Shown: one piece after another, positions 25,604 to 33,252 of the stretch
Layout of the letters: each line of letters starts with the position of its first letter
How positions within the stretch are numbered: the first letter of the stretch is position 1
From: Verrucomicrobiota bacterium
GTDB lineage: Bacteria; Verrucomicrobiota; Verrucomicrobiia; Chthoniobacterales; UBA10450
Direction: 5' to 3'
Length of the DNA stretch: 38,427 nt
Assembly (NCBI GenBank): GCA_046725095.1
Contig: JBKOXU010000130.1
Location: 1-38,427 of the forward strand
The notes under the pieces: model-generated
The model's input: the letters and a program-made list of their open reading frames with translations, nothing else
What the model was told of the DNA's origin: nothing
The model's database searches: none
Translations under genes and position numbers: made by a program

Positions 25604-26519
25604 GCGTTAGCGAATGGTTAAGAGCGTCGAGGATCTTGCCAGAACGCAGCGTCCAGCGGAAATGTCGCACGATTGATTCGGTCACGTACTTCTTGGCTCG
25701 TCTGATCGCCGCTTCCAGCGATAAACCGGAGGCAAGACCAGCGGTAATGGCTGCCGAATAAATGCAGCCGGTGCCGTGGGTTGCAACTCCGCTCAGAAAG
25801 GGCGCCGAGAACTCGCTAATCTTGTCACCGGCAAAGAGCAGATCGACGGCGTCCTTGCCGGTAAGGTGTCCGCCCTTGAGCAAAATCGACGCGCCATATT
25901 TTTTTTGCATTTTGTGTCCGGCTTTGCGCATTGCCTGCAGATCGCGAATTGGCTCGCCCATCAGTTTTTCCGCTTCGTCCAGGTTGGGCGTCAACAGAGC
26001 AGCCAGCGGAAATAACTCCTTCTCATAAAGCTCGATCGCACTGGGTTCCAGAAGTCGATCACCGCTGGTTGCCGTCATAACCGGATCGATGACGAGAGGA
26101 AAACGCTTGGCAGAGTTGGCCAAAAAATCGGCGAGCGCGCGTGCGACCGTTTCAACGATTTCGGCGGTGTGGAGCAGTCCGATCTTCGCCGCTGCAATCG
26201 GGAAATTTCGGCACAGAAGCGTGATCTGTTCGCGCACGAGGTCAGCGCTGACCGGTTCAATCCCAGAGATTTTTCCAGGAATTTCGGCAACGACACAGGT
26301 GACCGCGGTCAATCCATAAACGGCCAAGGCCGAGAAAGTTTTCAGATCGGCCTGAACACCGGCGCCAGCGCTGCTGTCTGATCCCGCAATAGTCAGGGCG
26401 ATAGGGCACGAATGAGCTGAGAGTTGAGCGTTTGTCTTTGGGTTCGCGCGTTTGCGGCGTGCCCGGCCCGCCTCCGCCTTGGACGGGCTCCGCCGTGGCA
26501 AGCGGTCGCGCCCTACCAT
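25599..26519 (-). CDS. thiD: Hydroxymethylpyrimidine/phosphomethylpyrimidine kinase
   Basis: Motifs present are ALTIAGSDSSAGAGVQADLKTF, VIDPVM and GTGCIYSAAITAGLA. ATG at 26519 directly abuts the ferredoxin stop (TAGATG). The first ~38 codons are an Arg/Lys-rich extension encoded by a repeat element (see findings). Confidence 0.85.
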   Translation of the reverse strand: MVGRDRLPRRSPSKAEAGRARRKRANPKTNAQLSAHSCPIALTIAGSDSSAGAGVQADLKTFSALAVYGLTAVTCVVAEIPGKISGIEPVSADLVREQITLLCRNFPIAAAKIGLLHTAEIVETVARALADFLANSAKRFPLVIDPVMTATSGDRLLEPSAIELYEKELFPLAALLTPNLDEAEKLMGEPIRDLQAMRKAGHKMQKKYGASILLKGGHLTGKDAVDLLFAGDKISEFSAPFLSGVATHGTGCIYSAAITAGLASGLSLEAAIRRAKKYVTESIVRHFRWTLRSGKILDALNHSLTL

Positions 26520-26520
26520 C
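26452..26520 (-). repeat. Copy 1 of a ~70-nt GC-rich repeat ending (plus strand) in CCCTACCATC
   Basis: It shares ttRcggcgtgYccgScc, caagcgg and ccctaccatc, in the same order, with 33169-33240. Confidence 0.5.
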
Positions 26521-26753
26521 TAAGCCCCGTCGCTACCAATCGCTTCGACTGGGCAACCTTCCATCGCTTCCTTGCAGAGCGCTTCTTCTTCCGGCGTCTC
26601 CGGCTGCTTGTAAACGTAGGAATGGCCGCCGTCGTCGTTCCGTTTGAAGTTGGCGGGCGCGGTCTCCCGGCACAAATCACAGTCGATGCATTGATCATCG
26701 ACGTAGAATTTGCCTTCTACGTTTTCGGCGTATTTGTTTGCGGCATCGGCCAT
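26520..26753 (-). CDS. Small ferredoxin (single [3Fe-4S]/[4Fe-4S]-type cluster)
   Basis: The 77-aa acidic protein has CIDCDLC...CP cluster ligands (KFYVDDQCIDCDLCRETAP...MEGCPVEAI). Confidence 0.8.
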   Translation of the reverse strand: MADAANKYAENVEGKFYVDDQCIDCDLCRETAPANFKRNDDGGHSYVYKQPETPEEEALCKEAMEGCPVEAIGSDGA

Positions 26754-26965
26754 GGTTTTCCCTGAAGGTGAAGTGGAACGTTAGAAAGAAACGCTCCCTA
26801 CGCAATTACTTTGCCCGCTGGCGGGCTTGCGTGCAACTCGCACAAAGCGCGTTAAATCGTTGAAACGTTGGAACCGAAAGCTCATTATCCGTCGATTTAT
26901 TTGGTGACTTAGAATCTGTTGATTCTGCGATTTAAGGGTCCAACCCCTCAATTTTCTCCGGGTTA

Positions 26966-27208
26966 ATGAAAAAGAATACTGCCAAAAGCCTGCGAGTATT
27001 TGCGGTCGAACTGGTGATTTATTCGATTCTCGTCACCGCCTATTTCTTCCTGGTTCTTCATCTTCTGGGCGAATGGCTGTATCGGCTCGAAACGCAACAT
27101 CGTTACCTTTATGCCGCAGTCGCCATCTTGCTGGTCGTCGGTCAAGCCGTTGTTTTGGACGCGGTAGCGACGCTTTTGCTTCGCTTCCTGCGCCGCCACT
27201 GGAGATAA
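26966..27208 (+). CDS. Small two-TM membrane protein, unknown function
   Basis: The 80-aa protein has two hydrophobic helices and basic termini. Its stop lies 3 nt before the TauE-family GTG start. Confidence 0.45.
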   Translation: MKKNTAKSLRVFAVELVIYSILVTAYFFLVLHLLGEWLYRLETQHRYLYAAVAILLVVGQAVVLDAVATLLLRFLRRHWR

Positions 27209-27211
27209 CCC

Positions 27212-28144
27212 GTGTTTTTCCCAATCTCCAATTCACACATCAACCCGATCTACCTGGTCGTTGTCGGCTTTATCATCGGAATTTTGGGCGGGTTTTTTGG
27301 CGTCGGCGGAAGTTTCATTGCCGGTCCCGCGCTGCGTTTGATGGGGGTGGATTGGAATTATGCAGTAGGAACAGACCTCGCGCACATCGTAGGCAAGTCG
27401 ATAGTCGCGGCCAGGCAGCATCGCGCGCTGGGCAATGTCGATCTCAAATTGGGACTAATCATGGCATTGGGAACCATCGGCGGCGCGGAAGCCGGTGCGC
27501 AGTTAATCCAGGCGCTGAAGCGCACAGGCAACGTGAACACGGTGGTCAGCTTTGTCGCCATTATTGTTTATCTTAGTATTTCAGTCTTTATGCTCTGGGA
27601 GAGCCAAAAAACACTCCGGTTAGGCAAAAAGGCCTCTGCGAGAAAACATCCAACGGCAAAAGACCCGGACTTGAAGGAGGATCACTCCGCGTTCGGCCCG
27701 GTCACTCAAATGATTCAACGAATGAAAATTTGGCCGATGATCTCATTGCCTACTTCGGGCATCCGGGAAATTTCTCTCTGGACTATTCTCGTGGTCGCGT
27801 TTGTTGGTGGGCTCTTCAGCGGTTTCCTCGGCGGTGGCGCAGGGTACATTCGGATGCCTTCGATGGTTTACGTCCTGGGAATACCCACCCATCTCGCCGT
27901 GGGAACGGATCTTTTTGAGGTTGTGATATCAGCCAGTTACGGAACGATCACCCACGCGATCAAAGGCAACGTGGATATTCTGATCGCGCTCGTCATGCAC
28001 ACTGGCGCAGTCATCGGCGCCCAGATCGGGGTGGTCGCAACGCAATATTTCGCCGGCCCGAAAATCCGGCTCGCTTTCGTGCCGCTGCCGCTGATTGGCG
28101 CAGCTATCGTGATTTATACTCTCTTTACTGGCCACAAGTTGTAA
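27212..28144 (+). CDS. TauE/SafE-family (DUF81) anion/sulfite exporter
   Basis: Two homologous 4-TM halves each start with the GGxxGxGGG motif (GILGGFFGVGGSFIAGP; GLFSGFLGGGAGYIRMP). Confidence 0.8.
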   Translation: MFFPISNSHINPIYLVVVGFIIGILGGFFGVGGSFIAGPALRLMGVDWNYAVGTDLAHIVGKSIVAARQHRALGNVDLKLGLIMALGTIGGAEAGAQLIQALKRTGNVNTVVSFVAIIVYLSISVFMLWESQKTLRLGKKASARKHPTAKDPDLKEDHSAFGPVTQMIQRMKIWPMISLPTSGIREISLWTILVVAFVGGLFSGFLGGGAGYIRMPSMVYVLGIPTHLAVGTDLFEVVISASYGTITHAIKGNVDILIALVMHTGAVIGAQIGVVATQYFAGPKIRLAFVPLPLIGAAIVIYTLFTGHKL

Positions 28145-28150
28145 CGCACA

Positions 28151-29029
28151 ATGAAGATTTTGATTTGCAGCGATGGAACACCAGCCGCCGAAAGCGCGAT
28201 CGAACTGGGAGGATTGTTAGCCAGCCCACTGAAAGCTGAAACCACGCTCTTCGGTATTGCGGAAAAATCGGAAGACGAAGCTTCGTTGCGCGAAGCACTC
28301 GAGAAGCAAGCGCAACGCATCCGCTCACGGAATGTGGCTCTGGATGTCATCGTGCACGCCGGCGAACCCATCCGGGAGATTCTCGATCGGACATCCAAAG
28401 CGAGCTACGATCTTGTCGTCATCGGGGCGCGATGGACTGGAGCCACCGGGTATTACTGGCGCTCAGCAAAGACCTACGAAGTGATCAAAGCGATTCAGCC
28501 GCCGGTGCTCGTGGCGATTGGCGAATGCAAACACTTGCAGCGTTTTCTTGTTTGCACCGGCGGAAAGGAATTTATCGAGCGAGCGATAGAGTTCACCGGC
28601 AAGCTGGCTGCGGCGACCGGGGCTTCCGTGACGTTGCTGCACGTCATGGCCGAGCCACCGGCGATTTATTCCGACTTGGTGCGACTCGAAGAAGATGTCG
28701 ATCAGCTGCTCCAATCCAAATCGGAACTTGGAACAAATCTGCGCCAACAAAAAAGAGAGCTCGAACGCCTCGGTGTTCCGACCGCAGTGCGGCTTCGGCA
28801 CGGCATTGTGATCGACCAAGTCTTCGAGGAAGCGCGGGAAGGTGATTACGATTTGATCGTCACCGGCACGCCGCAAGCGCGCGGGCTGCTCCGTCATTAC
28901 ATTATGGGTGATCTGACCCGAAGCATCTTAAACCGCGCGAATTGTCCCGTGCTTGTCGCGCGCGCTGGCAAGCCGAAACCGAGCAGAACTCTTTGGAAGG
29001 CTCTCAAAGAATTATTCAGCGGGCGTTAA
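28151..29029 (+). CDS. Tandem universal stress protein (UspA-family) domains
   Basis: Two Usp-like halves end in DLVVIGAR and DLIVTGTPQ...GDLTRSILNRANCPVLVAR. Confidence 0.8.
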   Translation: MKILICSDGTPAAESAIELGGLLASPLKAETTLFGIAEKSEDEASLREALEKQAQRIRSRNVALDVIVHAGEPIREILDRTSKASYDLVVIGARWTGATGYYWRSAKTYEVIKAIQPPVLVAIGECKHLQRFLVCTGGKEFIERAIEFTGKLAAATGASVTLLHVMAEPPAIYSDLVRLEEDVDQLLQSKSELGTNLRQQKRELERLGVPTAVRLRHGIVIDQVFEEAREGDYDLIVTGTPQARGLLRHYIMGDLTRSILNRANCPVLVARAGKPKPSRTLWKALKELFSGR

Positions 29030-29164
29030 ATAACCACCTGTAGCCGCTTCGTTGCCTGACGTGCCGAAGCTACGCGAAGGCGGCTGCGAAGCGCGCCGCT
29101 GAGCAACTAACCTCACCCATGCACGCGCGTCTTCGTTCAAAACGAGGATAGCGTTGTGTCGACG

Positions 29165-29208
29165 CAGGAAAATCTTGGATTCGTTTTTCCTGTTTTCCTG
29201 GGTTCCTG
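29165..29208. repeat. Three TTCCTG motifs phased at 8 nt plus an inverted CAGGAA(AA) upstream of the MBL gene
   Basis: caggaaaa (29165-72) is followed by ttcctg at 29187-92, 29195-200 and 29203-08. The ATG is at 29218. Confidence 0.45.
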
Positions 29209-29217
29209 ATTCATTTA

Positions 29218-30135
29218 ATGGAAGCACAGCAACAACGAACTCTGCGCAGCTCCGGTGGGCGTCGTTGGATTGCCCATCTTTGGCGTGAATGGACCGTGGA
29301 AAGTTGGCGTCCGATTACCCCAGCTTTTGCCAAACCGGAGCCTTCGAAGTGGAATGATGCGGGAGTGACGTTGGCCTGGATCGGTCACGCAACTGTGCTC
29401 ATCAATTTCTTCGGCGTAAAGATCCTGACCGATCCCGTACTTTTTCCGCGAATCGGGATTCGATTACCAGGATTCACAATCGGTCCGAAACGATTGACCG
29501 CGCCTGCGCTTGAATTCCGCGAGCTGCCAAAGATCGACGTTGTCCTGCTGTCGCACGCGCACTTCGACCATTTCGATCTGCGAACGCTCCACCGGTTTGA
29601 TGAAAACACTTGCGTAATCACTGCTTCGAACACGCGAGATTTGTTAAGGGGGACACGTCTACGCGACATCACCGAGCTACGTTGGGACGAGCGGAAGACT
29701 CTCAAGACTGCGGCTGGCGACATTGATATCATCGGCCTGCGGGTGAAACACTGGGGCGCGCGGAAACAGCGCGACACTTACCGCGGTTACAACGGCTATT
29801 TAATCGAGAGAAATGGACGGCGCGTTCTTTTCGCGGGTGACACCGCACTGACGAACAGCTTTGCCGAATTGCGTAAGCGCGGCCCCCTCGATCTCGCGAT
29901 CATGTCAATCGGCGCGTACAATCCCTGGATTCATTCGCATTGTACACCCGAGCAGGCAGTGGAGATGGCAAACGCTGCTGGCGCGCAATTTATCATGCCG
30001 GTGCATCATCGAACCTTTCGCCTCAGTTTCGAGCCATTGCGGGAACCCATCGAACGCTTTAAAGGGGCGCTGCACGGCGCGCCCGAACGGATCGCTCTGT
30101 GCGAAATTGGCCAGACATTTGTACTGCCGCTGTAG
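29218..30135 (+). CDS. MBL-fold metallo-hydrolase (NAPE-PLD/Lactamase_B_2-like)
   Basis: WIGHATVLINF is present, with the HxHxDH motif in VVLLSHAHFDHFD and downstream His/Asp ligands (FAGDTA, MPVHH). Confidence 0.8.
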   Translation: MEAQQQRTLRSSGGRRWIAHLWREWTVESWRPITPAFAKPEPSKWNDAGVTLAWIGHATVLINFFGVKILTDPVLFPRIGIRLPGFTIGPKRLTAPALEFRELPKIDVVLLSHAHFDHFDLRTLHRFDENTCVITASNTRDLLRGTRLRDITELRWDERKTLKTAAGDIDIIGLRVKHWGARKQRDTYRGYNGYLIERNGRRVLFAGDTALTNSFAELRKRGPLDLAIMSIGAYNPWIHSHCTPEQAVEMANAAGAQFIMPVHHRTFRLSFEPLREPIERFKGALHGAPERIALCEIGQTFVLPL

Positions 30136-30180
30136 ACGCTTGTGTCAAGCGCCTCCGGATGTAATCTTGGCGTCCGTCGC

Positions 30181-30253
30181 GCCGACGTAGCTCAGCTGGT
30201 AGAGCAGCGGTTTCGTAAACCGCAGGTCACGGGTTCGAATCCCGTCGTCGGCT
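30181..30253 (+). tRNA. tRNA-Thr (anticodon CGU)
   Basis: GCCGACG TA GCTC AGCTGGTA GAGC A GCGGT TTCGTAA ACCGC AGGTC ACGGG TTCGAAT CCCGT CGTCGGC T is a perfect cloverleaf. No CCA is encoded. Confidence 0.92.
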
Positions 30254-30265
30254 TTGTCACTGTTT

Positions 30266-31747
30266 CTACTTCGCCGTTTCCTTTCCAGCGGTAATCGATG
30301 GACGCGCTTTGTGCCAATCGGTGCTTTGCTCGTAACCGTGCGCGATTTGCAAAAGGCGCGCTTCGTCGAGTGCTTTACCTAACAACTGCAGACCAATTGG
30401 CAACCGATGTCCATCGACTTCAGCGAAGCCGCATGGCACACTGATTCCACAAATTCCGGCGAGATTTGCGGGGCTGGTGAAGATGTCGGCCAGATACATT
30501 TGCAATGGATCGGCTGTGCGTTCGCCAAATTTGAATGCTGGCACGGGCGACGTTGGAGAAATCAGCGCATCGACTTTCTCGAACGCCTTTGCAAAATCCT
30601 GGCGGATTAACTCCCGCACTTTTTGCGCACGCAAATAATACGCATCGTAATAACCGGAGCTCAAAACATAAGTGCCGAGAATAATGCGGCGTTTTACTTC
30701 CAAGCCAAAACCCTTTCCCCGCGTTCGACCGTAAAAATCGAGCAAATCCTTTGGATTCTCCGTTCGATATCCGTAACGCACACCATCAAAGCGGGCCAGG
30801 TTCGCGGAAGCCTCCGCCGTAGCGAGAATGTAGTAGACTGCGGTCGCATAATCGGTATGCGGCAATGAGACATCGACGATCTCCGCGCCTAGCGAATTCA
30901 GATGTTTCACCGCCGCATTGATTGCAGTTTTGGCCTGAGGATCGATCCCTTCGATCATGTATTCCTTCGCCAGGCCCAATCGGAAGCCGCGCAAATCCTT
31001 TCCCAGCCGGGCGGTATAATCAGGCACTGGTTCGTTCAAAGAGGTTGTTTCCTGCCGGTCGTGGCCAGCGATCGCGTTCATAATCAGCGCTGAATCCCGC
31101 ACTGTTTTTGTTAACGGACCGACTTGGTCAAGCGACGAAGCGAACGCGACCACGCCAAAACGCGAAACGCGGCCGTAGGTCGGTTTCAGGCCAACAACAC
31201 CTGAAAGGGCGGCCGGTTGCCGAATCGATCCGCCTGTCTCCGTCCCGAGTGCGCCGAAAGCCTCATGGGCTGCAACCGCTGCGGCTGAACCGCCGCTGGA
31301 GCCTCCCGGTACGCGGGACAGGTCCCACGGATTGCGCGTCAATTTCATGGCGGAATTTTCGGTCGACGAACCCATGGCGAACTCGTCCATGTTGGTTCTG
31401 CCAAAAGGAATTGCGCCCGCGGCGCGCAATTTTCGAATGACGGTCGCATCGTAAGGCGCGCGATAGCTGCGCAAGATCTTTGACGCACAAGTGCAGGGCT
31501 CACCTGCTACGTTAATGATGTCTTTGATCGCAATCGGCACGCCGCCCAACGGAAGATCGACATTCGCTTTCTCCGCTTCCTTTGCTGCAGCTTCAAAATC
31601 GAGTGAGAGATAGGCATCGATTTCTTCATCCACAGCTTCGATGCGCGCTCTTAGTGCCTCGAGTACTTCGCGCGGTGAGACTTCCCGGTCGCGCAACAGG
31701 GATTGCAAATCGGCGATGCTCAGCGCCGGGAGATCCTTTCCCGTCAT
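30266..31747 (-). CDS. gatA: Asp/Glu-tRNA(Asn/Gln) amidotransferase subunit A
   Basis: The amidase signature GGSSGGSAAAVAA is present, with PIAIKD and a GatA-like N-terminus. ATG at 31747 overlaps the gatC stop (ATGA); the ORF-track start at 31825 lies inside gatC. Confidence 0.93.
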   Translation of the reverse strand: MTGKDLPALSIADLQSLLRDREVSPREVLEALRARIEAVDEEIDAYLSLDFEAAAKEAEKANVDLPLGGVPIAIKDIINVAGEPCTCASKILRSYRAPYDATVIRKLRAAGAIPFGRTNMDEFAMGSSTENSAMKLTRNPWDLSRVPGGSSGGSAAAVAAHEAFGALGTETGGSIRQPAALSGVVGLKPTYGRVSRFGVVAFASSLDQVGPLTKTVRDSALIMNAIAGHDRQETTSLNEPVPDYTARLGKDLRGFRLGLAKEYMIEGIDPQAKTAINAAVKHLNSLGAEIVDVSLPHTDYATAVYYILATAEASANLARFDGVRYGYRTENPKDLLDFYGRTRGKGFGLEVKRRIILGTYVLSSGYYDAYYLRAQKVRELIRQDFAKAFEKVDALISPTSPVPAFKFGERTADPLQMYLADIFTSPANLAGICGISVPCGFAEVDGHRLPIGLQLLGKALDEARLLQIAHGYEQSTDWHKARPSITAGKETAK

Positions 31748-32043
31748 TCCACCACTTTCGGGACAATGAAAAGGCCGTTTGCCTGGCGGGGCGCGTTGCT
31801 CACTGCTTGCTGCGCCGTAAACCAATCGCGCGGCGCATCTTCTCGGAAAACATTAAAAATTGGGAGCGCATGAGCAGCCGCTTCGACATTACTCACATCC
31901 ACTTCGCGCAGTTTCTCAGCGTATTTTAATACATCGCCGAGCTGCTTCTGGAAAAGCTCAGTCTCCTTGTCGGTCAGATTTAGCCGCGCCAGCCTGGCGA
32001 CGTACGCGACATCGAGGTCGGAAGTCTTCGTCATGGCTGTCAA
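31744..32043 (-). CDS. gatC: Asp/Glu-tRNA(Asn/Gln) amidotransferase subunit C
   Basis: The 99-aa protein has VAYVARLARLNLTDKETELFQKQLGDVLKYAEKL...V, typical of GatC. Confidence 0.88.
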   Translation of the reverse strand: MTAMTKTSDLDVAYVARLARLNLTDKETELFQKQLGDVLKYAEKLREVDVSNVEAAAHALPIFNVFREDAPRDWFTAQQAVSNAPRQANGLFIVPKVVE

Positions 32044-32066
32044 TCAACCCCGAAAGCTTTTCGGGG

Positions 32067-32441
32067 TCAAAAGTGGAGATGGCTCATCAGCCAGATGACC
32101 GCCACCGCGAGCGCCGCGGCAAGCAGCAGAAAAACCATCCGACCCTCCCGTCGCGCTTTGCGCAGTGAACGCGGCCGACGCCGGCTGGTTCCGCTCCTAT
32201 CGAAGTAGTGTCTGTCTTCCAGGGCAACTGAGACGTGGAGTTGTTTATCGCCTGTATTGTTCTTTTGGCGCCTCTTCTCTCTTGGCGGCCGAGATGTGTC
32301 CTCCGCGCTCTGCGGCCCATTTATGACCATGCGCTCGAGTTTTTCGACCTTCTCACGCAGTTCCGCTTCCGTTCGCGCTATTTCTTCCTGCCTGCGGCGA
32401 AGCGGCGAAGGCGATATAGGCGAGCGACGAAACATCGCCAT
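32067..32441 (-). CDS. Tail-anchored basic coiled-coil protein, unknown function (124 aa)
   Basis: ATG at 32441 overlaps the upstream stop (TGATG). The sequence is MAMFRRSP...EEIARTEAELREKVEKLERM, then an Arg/Lys-rich region, then a C-terminal TM helix (MVFLLLAAALAVAVIWLM) 5 residues from the end. Confidence 0.45.
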   Translation of the reverse strand: MAMFRRSPISPSPLRRRQEEIARTEAELREKVEKLERMVINGPQSAEDTSRPPREKRRQKNNTGDKQLHVSVALEDRHYFDRSGTSRRRPRSLRKARREGRMVFLLLAAALAVAVIWLMSHLHF

Positions 32442-33061
32442 CACCGGCTGGCCATCCAAAAGAAAACAACAAGAGCGATAATGCCAAAAATAATCAGTGG
32501 CAACGTGAGAGCGACGCCGATTTGAAACCACTGAGAAAATGAGCGTCCCCCGTTGCTCTCGTACGCATCCGACGCGATGTCAGGCAATCGCGTATCGCCA
32601 GCGTTCTCGCCAGTTGCTTGCAACCTGCTGCGCTGCTCGCTGTACTCGGTGCGTGCGTCATCCACCGTGCTTAAAGCGCGGCTCAATTCCTTGTGCAAAT
32701 CGTCAGGATTCCAGCTCTTTGGATCGATCGCTTCGACTAATTGCAAATGCTGACCGAAACTTTCTCGAGTGGCGCGGATCTGCTCGAGCCGTTTTTGCGC
32801 GTTATACGCTTCGCGCTCGAGCACAACGAGCGCGCGCGTTAACTTGTCGGTCATCTCCGTGCGACCGCGCTCCAATTCTTCCTGGCGACGGCTGAGTTCT
32901 TCGAGTTCCCGCTTTTGTTTTTCTATCTGTTCCTGCTGGCGCTTGAGCTGGAGCAATTGCTCCTGCGCCTTTTGCACTTGCGAGTCCAGATGCTCCGAGG
33001 AGAGCGTGTCCTCCTCATTCAGTTCCAGCATCTGTTCAACCGGTCGAATTTTCTCTGCCAT
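32441..33061 (-). CDS. Tail-anchored coiled-coil protein, unknown function (206 aa)
   Basis: It has a long Glu/Gln/Arg-rich heptad region (QVQKAQEQLLQLKRQQEQIEKQKRELEELSRRQEELERGR). A single C-terminal TM helix (IGVALTLPLIIFGIIALVVFFW) lies 4 residues from the end. Confidence 0.55.
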   Translation of the reverse strand: MAEKIRPVEQMLELNEEDTLSSEHLDSQVQKAQEQLLQLKRQQEQIEKQKRELEELSRRQEELERGRTEMTDKLTRALVVLEREAYNAQKRLEQIRATRESFGQHLQLVEAIDPKSWNPDDLHKELSRALSTVDDARTEYSEQRSRLQATGENAGDTRLPDIASDAYESNGGRSFSQWFQIGVALTLPLIIFGIIALVVFFWMASR

Positions 33062-33168
33062 GACAAATCGTGACGTGTCCTTCAGGCTCGCTGTAGCGCC
33101 ACATTAAATGGCTCACTTAAGAATTCCAGAGATTTTCCAAAAGGAAAATTTTCATTTCGCATCGAATG

Positions 33169-33240
33169 TTACGGCGTGTCCGCCAGGCACGCCGAGGGAG
33201 CTCGGACAAGCGGACGGCTCGGCGATCCCTCCCTACCATC
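33169..33240 (-). repeat. Copy 2 of the ~70-nt GC-rich repeat ending (plus strand) in CCCTACCATC
   Basis: It shares its terminal blocks with 26452-26520. On the minus strand it begins ATGGTAGGG and contains gaggga...tccctc and ggcgtg...cacgcc pairings. Confidence 0.5.
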
Positions 33241-33252
33241 GGACTGTCTTCA

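Noticed and set aside
26754-26965. Possible TPP riboswitch upstream of the ferredoxin-thiD pair
   Set aside because: The minus-strand leader lacks the conserved CUGAGA and ACCUGAUCUGGAUAAUGCCAGCG core. Only a GCGTAGGGA-like fragment is present, and that fits the GTAGGG repeat head better.
33126-33239. 38-codon ORF MVGRDRRAVRLSELPRRAWRTRRNIRCEMKIFLLENLWNS as a real small protein
   Set aside because: Its first ~24 codons are simply the translation of the GC-rich repeat element and no RBS is evident. I treat it as a by-product of the repeat unless ribosome-profiling evidence says otherwise.
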